From Geosiphon pyriformis uo1 (lineage: Eukaryota; Fungi; Glomeromycota): a DNA stretch of 64,000 bases. The DNA is taken from the NCBI GenBank assembly GCA_016748015.1, contig JAAOMT010000760.1:358219-422218 (forward strand), read 5' to 3'. This document shows, in pieces, positions 54,086-64,000 of this stretch. Below the pieces are notes generated by a model. The model made no database searches, was not told the DNA's origin, and worked only from the letters and a program-made list of their open reading frames with translations. The translations under genes and the position numbers were made by a program. Positions within the stretch are counted from its first letter, which is position 1, and the number at the start of each line of letters is the position of its first letter.

Positions 54086-54117
54086 TTTGGTGCTCTCTGT
54101 GAGATATAATCATACAG

Positions 54118-57100
54118 AGAACAGCACCAATCATATTCATTCAAACAGTAGCAGAATCCGAAGAAATAGGAACAAACCATTTAGGATTTGCAAAATTTTT
54201 ATTCCAATACTATCACACTCATCTCAGATTAACAAATAATAGTTGGCCAACCAAATCAGCTTTCAATTGCTATGTCAATGAAAGAATAGTATATCACTTA
54301 GGAGACCAAAGAGATCCAGAATCTGCCTTCAACAACTTCTTTGGTAAATTACTCCAAAGCATCACTCTTTCACAAAATTACCTATTTGCACCCCTAATTA
54401 CAGAAATAAACAGGAAAATTGAGAAATACACCAAACAGAGATTTTCTATCACTTTTGCAGAAAAAGGCAAAGAAAGACTATAAACATCAGCAGGAATATC
54501 AAAGCAAATCCAACTACTCACTTGGAAAAAACAAAGATTTGATTCACCTGCTAATCCATCATATCACCACACACCTGGAAGCACTATCAATATAATAAAC
54601 ACAGCTACAACAAGTGCAACAATGCCACTAAACAGAATTCTATTTCAAAGTAAACAAAAGAAGACAGAGTTATTAGGAACATACAGTGATTATTTTGAAG
54701 AATTTAAATCACAATCCCCAATACCATCAGAAATTTGATCACCATCACTACAACCAGATTTCAGAGCCATTAGTCCTTGAGAAATAACTGATTCTGAGAA
54801 AGAAAAGAGTAGCAATTGGGAAATTAATAAGCAAAACCTGATCCTAGAACATTCAGAAATTAAAATTCTGGTTAATCAAACTCCAGAAAATTAGAATAAT
54901 CAAAACCCCAACATAATTAATCAGCATTTATCTCCAGTAATCATGATCAATCCACCACCAGCTCTACCAAATGCTCAACAGCAACAACAGCCACAACCAC
55001 TACTTCAATAACAAATTCAGCAGCAACCACAATCCAACTTAAATTCAATGGCATATGCACCAATAGCCAAACTTGAAAAATTCACTGGTGAAGAAAATAA
55101 TGCCCAAGTATGGCTTAATGACATAGAAAAAGCCATAGTGGCTAATGGATGGAATAATGCCAGAGCCATGCAAGCCATCCCATATTTTTTCCAGGATACC
55201 GCCAATTCATGGTATCAAAGTCTAGTCAACAAACCCCAAGATTTTAATACATTTAAAATTGAGTTCTTAAGATACTTCAGCAACAATAACAGCATTAACA
55301 GGTTAGCAAACACCTTCATTACCATTAAACAAGAAGAAAATGAAGCAGTCACTACTTATTTAGAATGCTTTCACAGGAATCTGCACCAGATCCAAGCCAT
55401 TAATGCCAATTATTTCACAGTGGCCCAGATCCTAAATTAGTTTATTCGCAGATTACGCAGCAACATCTTGCAACATATACAGCCAATGCATTCTGTTGAT
55501 CTGCAAGCAGCCATCACAAATGCCAGAGATTTTGAAGCTGCTAAATTAGAAGCCAACCACGCCCAAGCCATTAATCTAATAATAAATGGATCATCTAAAT
55601 TGGATTCCAAATTGAAACAATTTAGTGATTCCATCAATCAGAAATTAGAGGGATACTTAGCTAACAATTGCACAATTTATCAACTACTACAATGATGTAA
55701 TAATTCTAGAAATGCAAATCGTTTTCAGAATCAGTTGCATCCATCATCATTGACCAATCAACAGTGGCAACAGGAAACACATGTTTGCCACTATTGTGGT
55801 AAACAAGAACACCTACAAATTGATTGGTGCTATTGTTTAAATGATCAGAAAATCAATATCAAAACCCTAATTGCCAGTTTCAAATTCCGAATAACCCACC
55901 AAACTCAAAGCCATATTATCAGAATTACTTATCTATGACATAGCAGCCACTTTATCAACCACTAGTATATCAAATGCCAAGTTATCAACTGATGCCACCA
56001 GCAATTTATCAGCCACAGCCACAACTCATTTATCAGCCGCAGCCTTAGGTAATATATCAGTCCCAACAAATTCAAACACTGCCACAGAACTTATCTCAAA
56101 ACAGAACCCAAAGGCCAAGATTGATCCAACAAAGCTGGAGATTGTTGATGGTAGTTCACCAACTGATCTCCAGTTCATCTATACAATTAGCAGGATCTCA
56201 ACAATGGAATTTGGGCACCAGATACACCCAAAACCCAAATTCCCAGAACTATTTAAGTCTACTGGTTACTCTAAAAAACACTCAACCCAATAACCTGGAA
56301 ACCAACCAACATTTAACATTTACCAGTAACATTTTGCCAGCTACCATCACCGAAAATAAATCACTAGATGCCATCTTCTCATTTAAACTCAAAGAACTGT
56401 TAACCATGCCATTATTTAGTGAAGCCACTCTGGAAGAAAAACCTATTACTGTCATGTACACTGATGCCAAAGTTGATGGCCACTCCATCAAACTAATTCT
56501 AGACAGTAAATCAGCTGACAGCATCATTACAAAACAATTCATAGACCAATTAGATTGCTGAGTTGATTGCGCTGCCAGTGCCAGGATCATAACCACCAAT
56601 AGAGCAACCAAAACTCCTATTGATGAGATTGATAACTTCCCTTTTGAAGTTAATGGCATCATCATTCTCATCAAAGTTCAAGTGATGGAAGCAATCCAAT
56701 ATCAGGCATTAGTAGGAAATGATTGGTTATTTAAAACCAATGCCATACTGGACTGAACAATACAGAAGCTTCAACTGAATCAAAACGGTCAACACACATG
56801 TGTACCAGCCACATGTGGCCATTTCAAAACCACTAACTCGACAACACCATTCATCAACTTTGAGAAAGAGAAGCCAAAACCAATATGGGAAGCATATCAG
56901 GTTTTGTGGGCTGATGTCGACTACAACAAACTGCCACCAATACTTAATTGAGACAATGACGACAATGGAAAAGAAAAACAAAAAGAAGAACATACCTGGA
57001 GAACCACTATCAACATTTGGACCAATGACAATCAAAGTAAGATGTCACCAATTCTAGACTGAGAAAAAAAAGACAAAAGGAAAGGGAAAAAAAGGGAAGA

Positions 57101-60100
57101 AGATATACTGAAAAACACCACTACCACAAAAGAATTAACTAGTGGCTGAGAAAGAGAATACTCACATGAATCAATAAAAAAACCACCATATATACCTCTC
57201 AAATGCAAAGACTGTAGAAAGAAATTGTCCTTCATGAGAGCCTGGATTGCCCTTGATAAAGACTATTGAACAAGAACACACTATTATTGCAAGCCTTGTA
57301 ACCGTGAACACTATGACTACCCAAAAAGACAAAACAAGTGGGACAACAAACCATGTCTCACTTGTAGCAAACAACTACTGGACAAAAGAATATGGAATGA
57401 CATTTCTGGACAAGGAGGAACATACAACACTTCATGCCAATACATGATACTTATCAGTAACTGGGTGAGTTGTGAAACATCTATTACTGCAGTCTGGCAC
57501 TGAGCAATCAATCACTTGGACAGATATCCACATGATGAGGACGAAATCTGGTAGATGGCAAATGCCAAAATCGAAAGAGCCATGCCCAGTAAAATTTTGG
57601 AAATCAAAAACAACCCTCCAGAACCAGTCAACATTGTCTTGATCCCCAACTCAGATGCTTTCCTAGACATAGAAGCCAGTTCAGAGGAATTTCACAAGCA
57701 CTACCAAAACTTGGCACCAACAAAAAAAGAGCAGGAACAACGCTTGAAGAAATAAACACTTGATTATATGACCACTGTTTAATTTCATGTGATTTCCAGT
57801 ATTGTAATAAGTGTAACTTCATTTACAATCCACTACCATGCATGATCTACACAATCCCAGAAGAAGACAAACCAATGAGCAGCTGTGCATCAGAATTGGA
57901 ATCAACTTCCAATCCTGATTTAAACCCTGACAACAATGACAACAGAAATACCAGTTTCAGCTCCATTTGAAATGGCAATAACAATAGCAATAATTTCAAC
58001 TCAGATTCAAACTCCAATTCAAACTATAAGCAATATATTGTGTTTTCTGATCTCTCTAAGGAGCAGAAACTCAAATGATATAGTGATAATAATGAAGATA
58101 TCATGCCAGAACGTGTGCATGATATTGATGCAAGATTTGATCTGAGATATCTGAGAAAAGAAGCCATCAAATTGGAACCAAATTTGCACACATGTATTGA
58201 TCTCAAAATAGCTCTGAAAATTTCAGCAACAACTATAGTCCAATTAGCATCTAGGAGTAGTTTAGCGAAAAAAAGAATCAACATTAGAGGAGGAATAATT
58301 GACATGGAATACATAGAAAATATTATCACCATGCTACAAAATGACTCAAAAAAGGCCTATATTATAGAGCCAAATAAAAAGATAGCACAGACAATATTCT
58401 TACTTTTGGTGAAAATAGCTCAGTTAGTTTCAGTGAGAAAGAGAGAAGAATTAGGTATAACAGCAAGAGGGATACAAGAATTTGGATCAATGGGTAGAAT
58501 AGACATACCAGTCAATATGGCAGAGAAAAAAATTGTTGACAAAAGAAAAATTATTTCAATCTGTTAATCAATTTTCATTCCACCATATAATCAGTATATG
58601 TTAGCCATAAAAAGGGAAGTAAAAGATCAAGCTTAATTGTTTGAAGCAGAAGTCACCATTTGTAAATCAGGAGAGATTGGACTTACTAATCTCTATATAT
58701 CAGCCAAAAGCCCTAAAAATATCAAAATTTCCATCTACAACACAATGGAAAGTGTTATTAAAATACCAAAAAAAACCATCATTGGATATTTAACCACTGA
58801 AGTTAATCAACCACCAAACCACATTCCAGATTTTCCACAGCTTTATGGATATGTGGACATCACATCACAAACCATTTACAGATGAAGCAAATGTTATCTG
58901 CTCTAACCAGAACAATTGGAACAAATAAACATGGGAAATTTAGATCCACTCTAACAGATACAACTAAAAATGTTACTTAACAATTTCAATGACATCTTTG
59001 CAAGCAAAATGAATTTGGCCAAACCAACATCATCCAGCATTAGATCAAAACTGGAAATGCAATGCCAATTAAACAAAGAGCATACAGAGTACCACCAGCT
59101 AGCCATGAGATCATTTGTCAAGAAATTAACCAAATGCTTAACAATAGGCTAATTCAGCCATCAATGAGCCCATGGTTATCACCAGTGGTACTAGTTTGGA
59201 AGAAAAATAGAAAAATCCATTTCTGTGTGGATTATCAAAAACTGAATGGAGTGACTAAAGGTAATAGCTATCCAACTCCAAAAATCCAAGAACTATTCGA
59301 TGCTTTTGAAGGAAATAAATAGTTTTCGATACTGGATTTAGATAGTGGTTACTGGCAAGTAGCCATGAATTCAGCCAACAAAGAAAAAACAGTATTTACC
59401 ACAAAAGAGAAAAATTTTGAATTTGAAGTCATGCCATTTGGATTGATAAATGCACCAGCCACATTCCAACAGCTAATAGAAATTGTATATATTGGACTAT
59501 TATGAAAGTCAGTAGTCATATACTTGGATGATACCAATGTGTTCTCAAAAACATTTAATGATCATCTGCATCATCTTCAACAAGTGTTTAAAAGATTAAG
59601 AAGAGCCGGATTGAAACTAAATGCAACTAAATGTTTCTTTGGAAAAACTGAACTCAAGTTTTTGAGACATGTAGTGAGCAAAGATGGAATCAAAACAGAT
59701 CCAGACAAGATTGAAGTTGTTAAGAACTTTTTAATACCAAATAATCTTACAGAATTGAGAGCATTCTTGGGATTTGCTAGATACTACCACCACTTCATTA
59801 AAGACTTTTCCAAAATAGCTCAATCACTACACCAACTCCAAACCAAGAATGTGAAGTATGAATGGATCGAAGCTCAACAAGAAGCATTCAACACATTAAA
59901 AAGAAAGCTTATTCAAGCCCCAGTATTGATGTATCCAGATCACAGCAAACCATTCATAATCACCACTGATATATCAGACCAAGCATTAGGAGCAGTACTC
60001 TTACAGAAAGAACCCAATGGGAAAAAACATCTAGTAGTTTACATCAATAGAAGCTTAAGTTCAGTTGAGAAGAACTATAGAACTCCAGCACTAGAACACT

Positions 60101-60324
60101 TAGCTATCTATTGGGCTGTTATCAAATGAAAGGAATACTTGAGTCAAAAATTTGATGTATATACTAACCACAAAGGATTGACTTCAATTCAAAAACAAGA
60201 ATTTGCAAATGATTGTTATGCCAGATAAAAAATAGAACTTTTACCATTTAATTATACAGTACATTATAAAAAGAGAAAAGACAATAGAAATGCTGATGAA
60301 CTGTTGCAAATAAGACAAATCTGA
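54118..60324 (+). pseudogene. P2 polyprotein: pre-Gag, Gag, PR, Cys/His-rich insert, dUTPase, RT, RNase H
   Basis: Gag at 55048, knuckle at ~55786, LILDSKS at ~56494, dUTPase at 58100-58500, MPFGL and YLDD (59521), and RH TDIS and EHLAI. Confidence 0.92.
58100..58500 (+). pseudogene. Retrotransposon-borne trimeric dUTPase domain
   Basis: All five motifs appear in order: A(R/G)FDL, RSSLA, GIIDMEY, KIAQ and RGIQEFGSMG. Confidence 0.9.
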
Positions 60325-60382
60325 ACATTTCAAACAAAAATATCACAAAACCAACATAATTCAACAAAAAATATAACAAAAA

Positions 60383-61753
60383 ATGAACACACAAAAATAT
60401 CAGCAACTCCAATACTATATAAATATTCAATAATTCAAAGAGAAATTATCTCAAAAGGAACAAAATAGTATAAAACAACAATCAAAATATTTTATCACTC
60501 ATCAAAATATACTTTACCAAAAAAATAGAAAAGATCTAGATCGACCAATGAGAGTTATCACAGAACCAGAAAAAGAGACAATATTATTCAATATGCACTT
60601 AGATCCAACAGCAGAACATTTTCATAAAGAAGCAACCATAGAAAGAATCAGAAAGAGATATTATTGGCCATCAATGTATTCAAACATCATCCAATATGTT
60701 CAGAATTGTGATGCTTGTCAGAGAAGAGGTGAAACAAGACCAAGTAAACCATTAAGACCAATCAAAGTGGAACAACCATTTGATTGCATTGGAATTGACT
60801 TAGTCAGACCATTAACAATCACTAACAAAGGCAACAGATACATTGCAGTAACCATAGACTATCTCACTAAATGGCCAGAAGCAAAAGCCATTCAAAAAGC
60901 AGATGCAAAATTTCTTGCCAAATTCATTCATCAAGATTTGATTTATTGACATGGATGTCCAAAAGAACTATTATTAGACCAAAGAATTCACTTTGTGAAT
61001 AAAACATTAGCAGAATTAAGTTAGAGATTTGGAATCAAAAGACCATTATCATTGCCATACCATCTACAAACAAATAAGTTAGTTGAAAAGTTTAACAGAA
61101 CATTGTGTGAAGCAATTGCCAAGATCAGTCAAAAAAACCAGGACGAATGGGATTTGTTCATATCATCAGTATTATTTGCTTATTAGACAATGAAGCAAGA
61201 CACCACACAAGCAACATTATTTGAATTAGTATATAGTAGAACAGCAATCTTACCAGTTGAGATAAACACTTATCCAACAGAACTAATAACTGAAGACAAT
61301 TTTCAAGAAATATTGTTAAGAAAAACATATGACTTAATAGAAACACTAGAAAACAAATGACAAAAAGCAGTTGATAATATCCAAAAGTCACAAGAAAAAC
61401 AAAAAGAAAGCCATGATAAGCAACTACCAGACAAACCAGTTGAATTCAAGATTGAAAACAAAGTACTGTTACATCATACCAAAGTGGAAAAACAATAGAG
61501 TGGAAAATTTGACCCCAAATGAGATGAATCATTTTACATAAAAGAAATTCTTGGAAATAAAGCTTATAAATTAAGATGAAACAACAAAATCTTAGCCAAA
61601 GCAACACATGGTGATTGACTAAAACCATATTATCAGATAGTATCATCATCTACCAATAACATTCCACAACTGGGAGTACAAAGAATAATAGTTCAACCAA
61701 AAGAGATTTCATGAAATCTAGAACCAATTATAATCATTAGGCCAAACACATAA
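60383..61753 (+). pseudogene. P2 integrase, separate ORF
   Basis: HHCC (MHLDPTAEH..CDAC), IGIDLV, LLLDQ, VEKFNRTL and a GPY/F-region tail. No chromodomain. Confidence 0.92.
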
Positions 61754-61814
61754 AATCAAACAATAAAAGAGCATATAAAGACACAGTATATGTGAAAATA
61801 GCAAACAAAAAAAA

Positions 61815-62450
61815 ATGGAAATACCAGATCATATTTACACTATAGCTCAACAATTATTCCAGGTCTTAAGTCAGCAATCTTTAGACATGAAAATTATCAT
61901 TAACAACTAAACAATTTGCTATCAAAACACCAAAAAAAAGACAAAGAATACATCATATTAGCGAACACCAAAGAATAATAAAAACTGGACAAACAATATA
62001 ATAGAAAAAGTGAAAAACACTTTTGGGAAAATACATATGGTGGCACTAACAGAAGAGCTTACAAAAAAAAATTGGAAACAATAGACAGAATAACTTTTAA
62101 TATTGTATTGCTACTATTAGTTAGGTCAGAAGTTGAATATTTAGAAGTTGTATATTGACAAATCTAAGAGAATATTCAACCAAAACATAATACAACAAGT
62201 GGAAAAATTCATCAGAAAGAAAACAAATTTAACACTACATGTTAAAACAATGTACCGACTATGCAACATATTTTAGAACTATCCAGAAATACTGTTACAC
62301 TCTAACATGGAAACCATAATCATTAACCAATAGAAAAGAATGAATAATACACAAGTAGATGACATAAAAAACAGAGTCAAACAAACAATGCTTGAAAAAA
62401 AAGTATTAGAATTAATTCAAAATGAGGATTTTAATAGAGCTCAATATTAA
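61815..62450 (+). pseudogene. P2 ORF3 (env-position, ~210 aa, unknown function)
   Basis: MEIPDHIYTIAQQLFQ...LYCYY*LGQKL...AQY*, conserved with element M. Confidence 0.72.
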
Positions 62451-62463
62451 AAAAAGAAGATAA

Positions 62464-63337
62464 TATTACTTATAAGAAGAAAACAGATATAAAAAAAGAG
62501 TGAACCAATAAGAAAGTAGTAGTTAGCACGTGAGCATATTGCTTAGCAATATGGAGCAATGTCGGAAATCAGAACACATTGCTCAGCAATGTGGAGTGAT
62601 GTCAGGAAAATATGGCACATTGCTTAGCAAGGTAAGTATTGCTTGAGAAATTATAGCACATCACTCAAGAAATATGAGCAATCTTGTAGAACCCAAATTA
62701 TGTATATATAGTGGTAGCATTAGAAGTAGAAAAAACAAAATCCTTTCATTAGAGACCTCTCAGTTTAGATTTCATCTAAGCAACTTTTCATTTACAAATA
62801 TTAAATAAATAATTATTTACCATTTCAATCCACTCTCCACTATCAACACTTTATGTTGATAGTAATTGATACTTAACTACACTGGAACAATAGCTCTTGA
62901 TCACAGCTATTAACGAATACTAACTTGCATATTGCCTTGGCTCATTTTTTTATTTTCTTTTATTTTCTTTTCTTGATTTTATTGTTGTATACTAACTGAT
63001 TAAAGATTAAAGCACTGAGTAATTGATGTCACAGATAGCCTGGTAAAAGACCCAGAAATAAGGGTAAAATTATATATATATTAACAAATAGCTTACCAGA
63101 AGAGCACAAATGCCAGAATAAACTGGCCACCAAGCTGAAAACAGAAATTGGGAACACTACTTACTAACCAACTATATCATCATTGAATCTCTGTCCATTA
63201 TACAAAAAACTTTTAATCAAAACCTTCAGATAAAGACAAAATACCAAAATTACCACCAGCATCCATCAGAGTAAATACTGAGCACCAAGTTATGGGTTTG
63301 TTATTTGACTTGAGACTCCAAATAATCACTTGTAACA
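62464..63337 (+). repeat. P2 3' LTR
   Basis: Aligns to the 5' LTR, with one 40-bp unit fewer (874 vs 914 bp). Confidence 0.93.
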
Positions 63338-64000
63338 CCATAAATTGACAGTATCTTGTAAAAAGTACAGAATGGTTTGTAGAGCTCTGGCATTGTTCTA
63401 ATTATTGATGGTAATGGCTTTGGCAATATTATTAAGCCAGACTTGGATATTGTCTTTTTTGCCAGTAAACTTTTCTAATTTAGTAATAAAAGTGTATACC
63501 ATCAGTGCTATTATTGGTTGTTGTTGTGGTTTAGCAATTGGTACAACTAATAGTAAATTGATTATAATTATTGAAGATAAGTTTTAAGGAACAATAGGAG
63601 CTGGATTTGAATTATTTGGGTTTTATTGGGTCTAAATAATCAGAGTTTAGATTTCCAGGTTTTCTAAGATTAGATTTCAATATGTAAATTCCTAATCTTC
63701 AATTTTTTTTTTATCTGAGTTGGTTATTTTTCAAAAACTGGTAGCTCCAAAATTGGGTTGAGGTAGTAGTAATCAAAATTTTGATGGCATTGGTAATTGC
63801 AATTTGAATTCTTCAAAGTAATTACTGTAAGTTTCCAATAAATTGGTTTTTTTTTATTGACTTTGAAATGTTATTCTTGCTAATAGTATTTTTGTTGATG
63901 ATAATGTACTTTTTAATGATATATTGATAGTACTTTTAGACATGTGGTAATAAGACAGATGTATGAGTAAAACTATTTTTGGTTTCTTCCAAGTAGGTAG
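63338..64000 (-). pseudogene. Element M Gag N-terminus and pre-Gag region
   Basis: MVYTFITKLEKFTG..IQVWLNNIAK, homologous to MAYAPIAKLEKFTG. Confidence 0.85.

Larger units (their letters stand above)
53172..63337 (+). mobile_element. Structurally complete Ty3/Gypsy element P2 (dUTPase family, 10.2 kb), nested in M
   Basis: LTRs at 53172-54085 and 62464-63337, PBS at 54088-54104, PPT at ~62449-62460 and TSD CTAT/CCAT. Confidence 0.95.
35788..64000 (-). mobile_element. Ty3/Gypsy element M (dUTPase family), host of three nested insertions; 5' end lies beyond the window
   Basis: Segments 35788-40596, 41438-42854, 50922-53171 and 63338-64000 rejoin seamlessly once the inserts and TSDs are removed (e.g. 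YDQ|YMLVIER and DTVNLW|Y*SLINK). Confidence 0.9.

Noticed and set aside
54040-54102. ATG in U5 in frame with pre-Gag as the polyprotein start
   Set aside because: The frame hits TGA inside the PBS, and M and the solo LTR have ACA here, pointing to an ancestral ACG mutated at CpG.
61600-61753. Chromodomain at the integrase C-terminus
   Set aside because: Only a ~40-aa tail follows the GPY/F region, with no Y.VKW.G-type motif.

Overview
This is an AT-rich eukaryotic window, most likely from an early-diverging fungus. The element families resemble those I recall from Glomeromycotina (Geosiphon-like), which is recognition from memory and unverified. About 80% of the window is decayed retrotransposon DNA around one CpG-retaining gene island (~13.6-22.4 kb). 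From left to right: (1) two head-to-tail minus-strand LINEs (ORF1 + APE-RT; the complete copy, 5387-~12.3k, also shows RNase H, a Cys/His domain and poly(A)); (2) a single host gene (16590-20871, one 76-nt intron) encoding a ~1020-aa disordered protein with three MDM1-like [ST]EYxxx[FY]..W repeats, inflated by a gap-flanking assembly duplication; (3) an ORF1-only non-LTR element carrying the LINE 3' UTR; (4) a third LINE interrupted by a Ty3/Gypsy element (A) and by a large minus-strand Gypsy element (M), which itself holds three nested insertions (a solo LTR and elements P1 and P2). The M/P1/P2 family has an unusual layout: an AUG-less pre-Gag region, Gag, PR, a ~400-aa Cys/His-rich insert, a five-motif dUTPase, RT-RH and a stop, then a separately initiated integrase ORF, then a ~210-aa ORF in the env position. 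It uses an elongator-tRNA-Met-like PBS and makes 4-bp TSDs with an apparent (A/C)TGG preference. The repeats are heavily eroded by C:G to T:A transitions in CpG and non-CpG contexts, so none of their ORFs is intact.
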